Shown one piece after another: positions 56,731 through 64,000 of a stretch of 64,000 nucleotides of DNA. The stretch lies in the IMG/VR virus record IMGVR_UViG_3300011890_000001, positions 1-64,000 of that record; one strand, 5' to 3'. Position 1 is the first letter of the stretch, and each line of letters opens with the position of its first letter. Made by a program: the position numbers and the translations under genes. The notes under the pieces are model-generated. The model was not told the DNA's origin. It saw only the letters and a program-made list of their open reading frames with translations, and ran no database searches. The DNA comes from a virus (taxonomy: Duplodnaviria; Caudoviricetes).

Positions 56731-57072
56731 GTGTACGACAAAGAACTCATCAATAGCGACGTCTGCATTTCGTGTGGGGCGTGCTGCTCTACCTATGTGG
56801 ACAGTCAGACCGGCGAACCTTTGTCGTTGCATGAAGCTAAGTTGTCGGATACCGCGGAACTAATTCACTGTCCGAACTTAGATACTTCAGAAGGGTTGTT
56901 TCGGTGCAAGATCTACCAGGAGCGACCGGCCACGTGTCGGGAATGGGATTGCCTTGAAAGAGGAAACCGTCTGAGTCTGGAATACCCAAAGGACTCTGTA
57001 CTGGGATCGCGTATCCGTGTTGCTGTGGAGAAGATCCACGGTAAAGGTATTCTCATTCAACTGGTCGACTAA
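56731..57072 (+). CDS. YkgJ-family CxxCxxCC cysteine-cluster (Fe-S/Zn) protein
   Basis: CISCGACC...CPNL...CKIYQERPATC. Confidence 0.85.
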   Translation: MYDKELINSDVCISCGACCSTYVDSQTGEPLSLHEAKLSDTAELIHCPNLDTSEGLFRCKIYQERPATCREWDCLERGNRLSLEYPKDSVLGSRIRVAVEKIHGKGILIQLVD

Positions 57073-57100
57073 TGTCGTTATTAGCCGGCCCTTAAATCCA

Positions 57101-57128
57101 TAAGGAGGTAACCATGTCTACAATTTAG
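57101..57128 (+). promoter_or_regulatory. perfect SD plus four-codon mini-ORF (MSTI*)
   Basis: TAAGGAGGT at 57101-57109; ATG TCT ACA ATT TAG at 57114-57128. Confidence 0.5.
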
Positions 57129-57147
57129 GCTAACTAGAGAGTAGATC

Positions 57148-57474
57148 ATGAGTCGCACCAAACGTCATCGTAAAAACCCGTCCTACGTTAGTTGGTTGTT
57201 GGACGATCCCACATGTGAACTGACACGTCGTTTCATCACCCGCCTCAATCCAGGCGCAAATGTCGATAAGATCATTGAGCGGAATAACGCCCTGCTCTAT
57301 TGCGACCATCAGCGAAGAATGTTCACCAACAGTCTCCCGCGCGCGCATCGTCGTATTGGTATTCGCATGATGCGTCGTCGTGAAAGAGACCAGCTGATCC
57401 GGTGTCAAAAGAACGACACTTGGGATTCCCATTCCGCCCTCAACAGGGCACTGACCCCCGGATGGTACTGGTGA
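57148..57474 (+). CDS. small Arg-rich basic protein (MSRT... type)
   Basis: MSRTKRHRK...; ends GWYW. Confidence 0.72.
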   Translation: MSRTKRHRKNPSYVSWLLDDPTCELTRRFITRLNPGANVDKIIERNNALLYCDHQRRMFTNSLPRAHRRIGIRMMRRRERDQLIRCQKNDTWDSHSALNRALTPGWYW

Positions 57475-57549
57475 AGAACAAAAAGCTGCCTGCTCCCAAG
57501 CTAGGCTGCCCCTGCGCGCGTCGTGCAGGGGGCCTTTTGGGAGATATAC

Positions 57550-57825
57550 ATGTCACGTTCCAAAACTTTCCGCCGCCATCACTTTGAGCGTCTCATGAAG
57601 AAGCGTACCGCTGAAATCGTCAGTATGCTTTTTATCGGAAACGATCCTGAGATCAACTCTAAGGTGTTGGCATCAGTTCCTAAGCGCGCCGCCATTGCCG
57701 TTACGTCTGCAGCGCGTTGTAGTTGCTGGTTGTGTGGAAATCCTCGGCGTCATCGGGGCAATTCCAAGTTGAGTTTGACGAAACGCGAACTCGTTAGCTT
57801 GGATCGGATGACAGAGGAAACCTAA
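57550..57825 (+). CDS. small basic protein with CSCxxCGNPR motif
   Basis: GGGAG RBS; RRHH..R.KK, CSCWLCGNPRR. Confidence 0.75.
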   Translation: MSRSKTFRRHHFERLMKKRTAEIVSMLFIGNDPEINSKVLASVPKRAAIAVTSAARCSCWLCGNPRRHRGNSKLSLTKRELVSLDRMTEET

Positions 57826-57980
57826 AGCGTAACGACCTGAGCCGACCGGTCCCCACCGGTCGGCTTTATGCTGTCGTTATGGATACTATCACGTATTTTT
57901 CTTTTAATACGTGATTGCTTATATCCTAGGAGTAGTCCTATGTGGACGCTCCCAGGCACTACAACCCCAAGGAGTTACAC

Positions 57981-58391
57981 ATGAGCCGTTCTGTAAACAG
58001 TGTGTTGTCGGCGCTTCAGGGCGCTGCAACCGTGGTCGTTACCACGCCTCAAGTCAACATCGTCGACGAGTTGCGCTATCGCACCAACAAAGCCCCTGCC
58101 CGCAATGCTGGTGCCGGCGTTCGCAGTACCGCACCCGCGCCGGCGATCCCGACCACCGCCGAAGGGTCGGATTCGCGTATCGTTCTTCGCGACGTCAACA
58201 CCGGCGAATTCGCTCCGGCAGAAGACGCCGGTAAGAAGAACATCACCACCGACTTCGTCGATCTGCCCAAACTCAGCAGTCCTTCGCTGAAGGCCGAGAA
58301 AGCCAAGAAGGCTACCAAGAAGACCACCAAGAAGCTGGCCACCAACAAGAAGGGCTCCAGCATTGGCTCGGCCAAGAAGAAGTCCAAGTGA
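57981..58391 (+). CDS. protein with Lys-rich histone-like C-terminus
   Basis: AAGGAG RBS; RD..TG.F motif; KKAKKATKKTTKK-type tail; TATG at 57939. Confidence 0.72.
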   Translation: MSRSVNSVLSALQGAATVVVTTPQVNIVDELRYRTNKAPARNAGAGVRSTAPAPAIPTTAEGSDSRIVLRDVNTGEFAPAEDAGKKNITTDFVDLPKLSSPSLKAEKAKKATKKTTKKLATNKKGSSIGSAKKKSK

Positions 58392-58470
58392 CGCAAGGTC
58401 GAACTGAACAACCCCACACCCCTTAGTGGGTGTGGGGCTTTATACCGTCAAATCCTAAGGAGTGAATGAA

Positions 58471-59061
58471 ATGCGCTATAATGTCGGTCAGAAGTACATT
58501 TTCATCAATATCCAATTTACTGCGCCCGCCATGTGCTTCGGCTCGACCTATTTGCCGTGGATGGATAAGTTGGACGGCATCGAGCTGATTGAGCTCACCT
58601 GCGCGGAACATCGCCAGGTTCCCGGTGAGTGGGATGACGAAATCAAATACGATGGTTTCCGTTTCAGGGACACCGAAAATCGCCTCTGGAACAACCAGTG
58701 GCCTCGCGCCTCTTACGGGCAACTCGACGACAGTGCCGATCGGCGGGCCAAGCCCGATTTCGACACCTGGAAAGAAAACCGCACCGAGGACGAACTCCGC
58801 GGAATCTATCGCAAGTACATGTCTACCACCGACGTCTGCACTTACCTGCAGAACGTCGAGCGCGGCATCGCCAAGCTGGCTATGGACTCAGCGGCGACCG
58901 TCGAACATGCGGCCCTCAAGGCACACTTCGATGAAGTTATCGACTTGCTCGCCAAGCAGGGAGTAACTGCGACGATTGTGCCGAAGGTCTGGAAGTCGGT
59001 AGATGGAACCGAGAAGGCCTACCCTGACATCAAGGTGGTTTCTCTGACCTTTGCTGAGTGA
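58471..59061 (+). CDS. hypothetical protein
   Basis: AGGAG RBS; NQWPRASYGQ motif. Confidence 0.72.
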   Translation: MRYNVGQKYIFINIQFTAPAMCFGSTYLPWMDKLDGIELIELTCAEHRQVPGEWDDEIKYDGFRFRDTENRLWNNQWPRASYGQLDDSADRRAKPDFDTWKENRTEDELRGIYRKYMSTTDVCTYLQNVERGIAKLAMDSAATVEHAALKAHFDEVIDLLAKQGVTATIVPKVWKSVDGTEKAYPDIKVVSLTFAE

Positions 59062-59104
59062 GTACCTTTAGGGTGACGACCGTCCTGGTCGTCGCCCTTT
59101 GTTG

Positions 59105-59182
59105 AAATAAAAAAATCTCACAACCATATAGTCGTTGTGAGCAAGAGCAATAATGCGATTGCCAAACCCTGTCAAACAAGGA
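59105..59182 (+). promoter_or_regulatory. early-type promoter, leader and TGTCAAACAAGGA box
   Basis: Near-duplicate of 37015-37101. Confidence 0.75.
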
Positions 59183-59190
59183 GCAATACC

Positions 59191-59448
59191 GTGGCTAAGA
59201 TCAAATCTTTCGTGACCACCAACCGCGTCGTGAACGGCGCCCTGACCGCTGCATACGGCAGCGTGGCCGTTCTGAACGGCATTTCCGCCGTCCGGAACCT
59301 GAAGGGCACTGGCAGTGCCTTGGTTGAAGGCGAATACCTCACCGCCGCGGCCCGCGCCGCTACCGCTACTTTCAACACCGCCGTCGCGGCAGTGTTTACC
59401 CTCTGCGCCAAGGATAGCGCCATGGCGGCCTACCACGACACCATCTAA
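59191..59448 (+). CDS. small Ala-rich hydrophobic early protein
   Basis: GTG start giving MAKIKSF; RBS within the conserved box. Confidence 0.72.
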   Translation: MAKIKSFVTTNRVVNGALTAAYGSVAVLNGISAVRNLKGTGSALVEGEYLTAAARAATATFNTAVAAVFTLCAKDSAMAAYHDTI

Positions 59449-59522
59449 GGTAATTCTCGTAGCCCATTCGAGAGAGTGGGCTATCGGAAATACTTTACCC
59501 CTGTCAAACAAGGATTATGTAA

Positions 59523-59759
59523 ATGGATATCTTGATCAAGATCGGCGAACTCGTGGGCTATGAACCAAAGGTTGACGCCTACTACAACCAGAAGTCCGAC
59601 AACGCAGACGCTGGCTGGTACGGCGATGCGACATTGGCCTTGTGCGGAAAGACCTACAAAGGTCACGTGCAGTCCTGTGGTGACCGCGTCGTACTGGACC
59701 TCGATGCGGCCGCGATTGCTCAGCTGGAACTCGACGAGGTTCCCTTCGTTGTACTCTAA
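59523..59759 (+). CDS. small acidic early protein
   Basis: Preceded by a hairpin (59460-59483) and TGTCAAACAAGGA (59502-59514). Confidence 0.72.
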   Translation: MDILIKIGELVGYEPKVDAYYNQKSDNADAGWYGDATLALCGKTYKGHVQSCGDRVVLDLDAAAIAQLELDEVPFVVL

Positions 59760-59774
59760 GCCCAAGGAGGGCGC

Positions 59775-60092
59775 ATGGAAGTGATCGAAAAAGCAGTCCG
59801 ACGCAAGCTGGAAATGCTGGCAAGTGTGCCGCCAGTACCAGTAAACGACACGGAGCTCGAAGAGCTTCTGGAAGACAACGGATCTGACGACATCTACTTC
59901 AGTCTTCGCGGTGAAACAGGTGTCGTTATCCATGTCCCGCTGTGCGATACCGCCATTGCGGCGGGATTGACGCAGGCGGGCAATCTGCTTTACACGTACG
60001 TCGACGCCGACGGTCAAGTGTTGATTGACCGCGAGTTCACCGAACTTGACGAAGATACCCGCAGTTGGCTGTGGGCAGCCCTTCAGGAATAA
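59775..60092 (+). CDS. small acidic hypothetical protein
   Basis: AAGGAGG RBS; terminator at about 60094-60128. Confidence 0.75.
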   Translation: MEVIEKAVRRKLEMLASVPPVPVNDTELEELLEDNGSDDIYFSLRGETGVVIHVPLCDTAIAAGLTQAGNLLYTYVDADGQVLIDREFTELDEDTRSWLWAALQE

Positions 60093-60163
60093 GCAGCATA
60101 AACCCCCAGGTCCGTAAGGGCCTGGGGGAGATAGATCCTATCTTTTTTTTTTCTCAGACTCGA

Positions 60164-60682
60164 TTACGGAGCCTGGACCGGATAGTGCAGACCATCCAGA
60201 TCGGTCACCAGTACGGCGTCTTCCAGATCCACAGTGTCAACGAACAGGGTGATCTCTGCGGTACCGGTGAAGATCAGCGAGCCAGCCTTGGCGGTCAGGG
60301 TCAGAGTGGCTTCGCCGCCCGGGACAGTCGGGATCGCCGGCAGGACCAGGTCTTCGATGTCGTCAGAGGTGATCAGCAGGTTGTACTTGGCGTTGATGGC
60401 GTCCAGGACGTCGGCAGCGGTGTAGGACTCAGCGATAGCTTCGATACGGCCGTCCTGAGTAGCCACCACGGCAGCCAGACCCAGACGGTTGTAATAGACA
60501 GTAACCTGGTTGCTGAAGCGACTACCGGCGGCCGGGGTTACGACCAGCGAGGTATTCAGGGTGCCATTACCGGCACCGGGTGCGGACAGTTCGACTTCAG
60601 CCGAAGTCATGCCCAGACCGGAGTTGGCGTCATTGATCAGATCGATGATGATCTGCTTCGGCGCCTGAAGATAATTCGACAT
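60164..60682 (-). CDS. acidic virion/tail-associated protein (YNR-motif family)
   Basis: LINDAN, NT.L.V, YYNRLGL, GSLIFTG; paralog of 43138-43665. Confidence 0.75.
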   Translation of the reverse strand: MSNYLQAPKQIIIDLINDANSGLGMTSAEVELSAPGAGNGTLNTSLVVTPAAGSRFSNQVTVYYNRLGLAAVVATQDGRIEAIAESYTAADVLDAINAKYNLLITSDDIEDLVLPAIPTVPGGEATLTLTAKAGSLIFTGTAEITLFVDTVDLEDAVLVTDLDGLHYPVQAP

Positions 60683-60810
60683 CTTGATTTCCTTCGTTGT
60701 GTGAAGCTTCTTATTGAAGCCATAGGATTAAAGACCACGGATGGAGAAACGCCCTATTTTATGGGGGGTTTTTTTTTTAATCCCCCTATTCACAACGAGG
60801 TAAAATAATC

Positions 60811-60999
60811 ATGGCACTGTTGAAAATCATCGACGCCAATTCTGTACCGGGGGTCAGCGCCACACTGGGTGGCGTGGCCAATCGCGTCGTCGGTGCCAGC
60901 TTGAACGGTATCGCAGAACTTCAGCGCATGGGGGTCGTGGGGGCCCACACACTGGATTCACCTACGCTCGGCTACATGGGCGTTCCACACATCAGATGA
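60811..60999 (+). CDS. small hypothetical protein (possibly the 5' part of a degraded gene)
   Basis: GAGG RBS; ATGA overlap with the next small ORF. Confidence 0.5.
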   Translation: MALLKIIDANSVPGVSATLGGVANRVVGASLNGIAELQRMGVVGAHTLDSPTLGYMGVPHIR

Positions 61000-61157
61000 T
61001 CGCCTTTACCCGCTCAACACTGGCCGGTCGCAATTACCTGCGGTTCCCAGTCGCCTGGAATGTCAGTAAGCAGATCACTATCGTGGTGGGTCGGCCGTTG
61101 TGGGCTGATACTCTCGATGGACAAGAAGCCGGCGGTTTTGAACTGACGGCTCTGTAA
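60996..61157 (+). CDS. 53-aa hypothetical protein (not in the ORF track)
   Basis: ATGA-coupled; MIAFTRSTLAGRNYLRFP...FELTAL*; terminator follows. Confidence 0.45.
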   Translation: MIAFTRSTLAGRNYLRFPVAWNVSKQITIVVGRPLWADTLDGQEAGGFELTAL

Positions 61158-61199
61158 CAGCATATGGCCCCACACCTGAAAGGGTGTGGGGTTATGTGT

Positions 61200-61250
61200 A
61201 TTATAAATATTTTCAGAACCATATAGTGGCTGTGACGTAGAGCCACTATC
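61200..61250 (+). promoter_or_regulatory. early-type promoter (AACCATATAGT)
   Basis: AT-rich tract plus AACCATATAGT at 61217-61227. Confidence 0.7.
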
Positions 61251-61286
61251 GACCTGCGTTAAACCAACCAACCAAAGGTAAAAGTC

Positions 61287-61676
61287 ATGAACAAGATCTT
61301 TACTGTTCTGCTGATCCTGATCGCCATCGCGGTCGCCCCGAATGCCAATGCCTCGCAGGATTGGCCGAACTGCCGTCAACCGGCCACGGTCAACCAACTG
61401 TTCAACTACTTCAACAACGCTGGCCAGGGTAACCAGTCCTGGACCCAGTACCTGCAAAACAACGTGACCTTCGTGGGGGCCCGGTTCGTGAAGGCTGGTC
61501 ACCGCGGTAATGGCGACTACTCGCTCACCACCTGTGCTGCTGATTTCCAGGTGGTGGCGCCGAACGGTCAGGTCGTTGTTTGGACCCAGACGTACGTCGT
61601 GCGCCACGGTCAGCTGTACGACATCAACCCGGCCGACGCCGGGCGCTTTGCCAATCAACTGATGGCAATGCGTTGA
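61287..61676 (+). CDS. exported protein with Sec signal peptide
   Basis: MNKIFTVLLILIAIAVAPNANA-S signal; two Cys; Asn/Gln-rich. Confidence 0.78.
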   Translation: MNKIFTVLLILIAIAVAPNANASQDWPNCRQPATVNQLFNYFNNAGQGNQSWTQYLQNNVTFVGARFVKAGHRGNGDYSLTTCAADFQVVAPNGQVVVWTQTYVVRHGQLYDINPADAGRFANQLMAMR

Positions 61677-61807
61677 TCGCCGAACTGTAGACGGCAGCCC
61701 TTACCGGCTGCCGTCTACTTATGCTGTCGATTCCCCATACCCCTACACCGGTGGGGTTATTGGGAAACGACAGTTTCACTCATCCATGTCAAACAAGGAG
61801 TTTTACC

Positions 61808-62605
61808 ATGATCAAGTTCGAACTCAACAAAGAATGCTTCGACAAGCTGTTCACTGCTTTCAAAAATCCCACTGAAGTCACGTCTTTCAGTGACCTCGAC
61901 CATGAGGTCCTGGTCGGCAAAAAGTGCATTGCCGGCTATAGCGTCAACGGTGAGAAAACGATCCTGGCCTGCGGGCCGGGCTATGGTTTTTATTTCGGCC
62001 CCACTGCGGAAGGTGACATCCTCGTCACCCTGCTGCGTGGCGAGGAGTTGGTACAGGAAGTCCCGGCGAGTCAATTGACCGAGAATGAGATATCGGTCAT
62101 CCGCGGCGTATTCCTGAGTTCGGGTAACTTCGAGACCACTCACCCGATGCTGAGGGATATTCCGAAGTTTTTCTCAGGTTCTGGTCTGACCGAAGAAGAA
62201 TACCAGACCCGGAAGGAACAAGTCGCAACCCTGGGTGGGCGTGTGCGCCGTATCAAGGCTGTCGTCGACGTCCCCACTTACCGGGCAGTGCTCGGTAAGC
62301 TCCAGCGCCAGCAAAACTCGGTGATCACCCTGAGTGACTGGGACGCGATTGAGGCGACCATGGTCGCGTACACTGGGCCAGACGTGGCGCTGATCGAATC
62401 GGCAAATGAAGGACTGTCGGGAGTGCTGATCCCCTATGCCGGATCCTCGATCCTGGTGCGGGAGGTCAATGGTGTACTCTACTTCGACCAGTGTGTGGTG
62501 CGCGACGGAAAGCTGGCGGGTGTGGATATCCTGACTGCCGACAAGCTGCCGTCCCACATCAGTTACGGTATCTCGCAGGCGTTCGCGGAAGTCATTGCCT
62601 CCTAA
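61808..62605 (+). CDS. hypothetical early protein
   Basis: TGTCAAACAAGGAG box at 61787-61800 provides the RBS. Confidence 0.75.
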   Translation: MIKFELNKECFDKLFTAFKNPTEVTSFSDLDHEVLVGKKCIAGYSVNGEKTILACGPGYGFYFGPTAEGDILVTLLRGEELVQEVPASQLTENEISVIRGVFLSSGNFETTHPMLRDIPKFFSGSGLTEEEYQTRKEQVATLGGRVRRIKAVVDVPTYRAVLGKLQRQQNSVITLSDWDAIEATMVAYTGPDVALIESANEGLSGVLIPYAGSSILVREVNGVLYFDQCVVRDGKLAGVDILTADKLPSHISYGISQAFAEVIAS

Positions 62606-62693
62606 GCGACATAGCTCCCTACGCCCGCAAGGGCGTAGGGAGCGTTAATCGTGCTTTTTTTTTTAGATATCGCCGGTGGCCATTTGACCCTCC

Positions 62694-64000
62694 TTAGAAA
62701 CCATCGCGTTCCATGAGACTCTCCATTGCGTAGTTGAAGTCACGAACAATCTGTGGGTAAGTTTCCAGCGATTCCAATGAAGACACGTATCCGTTCAGCA
62801 CTTCATCGGCGTCACCATTGTAGTCCACGCCCATTATGGAACGGACCTGTTCGCGGGACCACTCCAGGATGTCCTTAGATCGGGTGGAGATGTTCGGCTC
62901 CTTGCCGGTGTCCAGATAGACATAGACGTACTTCACCGGGGTGTCCTGACCCAGACGGTCGATACGGGCCTTGGCCTGCACGAGTTCGTGGTCACGGAAA
63001 GGTACGTTCAGGAAGATCTCCTGATCGGCCATCACGAGCGGCACAGCGGTCGACAGAGACGGGAACGTAGCCACCAGGGGGTTGACGTTCGGGTCCTTAT
63101 CAAACGCCCCTACGTTGGACGCCAGATTCTTATTGGTGGCACCGTAAACCAACATCGGTTCCATCCCAGCCTGACGCAGTACGCGATCGCACTCCTTCAC
63201 CACTTCGACGTAGCTGGTAAAGATTACCGTCTTCTTTTCAGCGGCCTTCATGATTTCAGCAAAGTTGATCTGCTTGATCATGGCCACGTGAAGTTCGGAG
63301 CGAGCCTTACCCAGCACGTTGCCGAGCGCCTCGCCCATAACTTTAAGGTTGACGTATTTGATGACAGACTTTGCGCCGACAAACAGCTTGCGTTCCTCAT
63401 TGGAAAGCTTCGGCATGATCCGTTCTTTCTCATAGCGGTTAGCAAACTTCATCTGATCGCCAGTATAGCGCGGGTCAGGAGTTTCCTTCACGATCTGGAC
63501 GCACTTCTTGTAGAGCGTGTACTGCTCCTTATCGAGCTCGTCCATATTGCGTTCGAAGTGTTTCAAGCATCGCTCATAGACGTCTTCGTACTGCTTGTAG
63601 TTCTTCTTGTAGTACTCGGTCCGTTCGGCGATGTACTTGGTCATCTTGTCGCGCATGGCGTCCAGCGTGAATTCCCGACCATTGGGAATCTTCACGTCGA
63701 TGCGGATCTCGGTGGGTTTGTTATCCACCACATCAGACTTCTCAACGCGGTAGTTGATAAAGCCCATGCGGTTACGCAGGATGTCCAAAGCGCGCTTGGC
63801 GTTGACGCCAAAGATCTTCTTGAAGCGTTCCTCAACCGCCGGCGTGAACAGCGGGTCGATCGAGCGCAGCAGCGGAATGCTCTCACCACCCAACGCCTTG
63901 ATCGGCGTGCCGGATGCCCAGATGATGTTTTCACTCTTGGTTGCCTTACACAGGTCCAAGAAGAAGTTGGTGCGCTGAGCATTGACTTCGTTGAAGTTAT
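62694..64000 (-). CDS. Snf2/SF2-type helicase, 5' end outside the window
   Basis: Frame open to the window edge (..HNFNE, end of a DExH motif); SGTP, VIFTSY, SLSTAVPL, QAKARIDRLGQ. Confidence 0.85.
   Translation of the reverse strand, partial: NFNEVNAQRTNFFLDLCKATKSENIIWASGTPIKALGGESIPLLRSIDPLFTPAVEERFKKIFGVNAKRALDILRNRMGFINYRVEKSDVVDNKPTEIRIDVKIPNGREFTLDAMRDKMTKYIAERTEYYKKNYKQYEDVYERCLKHFERNMDELDKEQYTLYKKCVQIVKETPDPRYTGDQMKFANRYEKERIMPKLSNEERKLFVGAKSVIKYVNLKVMGEALGNVLGKARSELHVAMIKQINFAEIMKAAEKKTVIFTSYVEVVKECDRVLRQAGMEPMLVYGATNKNLASNVGAFDKDPNVNPLVATFPSLSTAVPLVMADQEIFLNVPFRDHELVQAKARIDRLGQDTPVKYVYVYLDTGKEPNISTRSKDILEWSREQVRSIMGVDYNGDADEVLNGYVSSLESLETYPQIVRDFNYAMESLMERDGF

Overview
This window is part of a phiKZ-like (Chimalliviridae-type, probably nucleus-forming) jumbo phage genome; that call rests on split multisubunit RNA polymerase genes and conserved gene order. 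It carries: (i) a core transcription/replication block with two non-virion RNAP subunits (beta C-terminal part, beta' C-terminal part), a UvsW-like SF2 helicase, a family-B DNA polymerase exonuclease-type subunit and a virion RNAP beta' fragment; (ii) a structural block with baseplate genes and a run of internal head/inner-body-type proteins bearing [S/A/G]-x-E prohead-protease sites; (iii) nucleotide metabolism genes (tmk, thyA, DHH and HD phosphoesterases), a modular endolysin and many small accessory genes; and (iv) a Snf2-like helicase cut off by the right edge. No tRNA, rRNA, CRISPR array or intact mobile element was recognised. The strongest leads: a probable -1 frameshift (T8 run at 18644-18651) giving a G/GT-like chaperone pair; a divergent Tad1-like anti-defence sponge behind a ~200-nt structured leader; a tandem pair of ADP-ribosyltransferase-fold proteins with virion-maturation motifs; a structured ncRNA candidate after the HD phosphodiesterase; a polyprotein-like head protein; a Dps-like protein with a propeptide; a split transglutaminase-like protease/lipoprotein pair; and a repeated early-gene leader (ACCATATAGT promoter, hairpin, TGTCAAACAAGGA box). 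phiKZ gene numbers and family matches are recalled from motifs and synteny, not from database searches.
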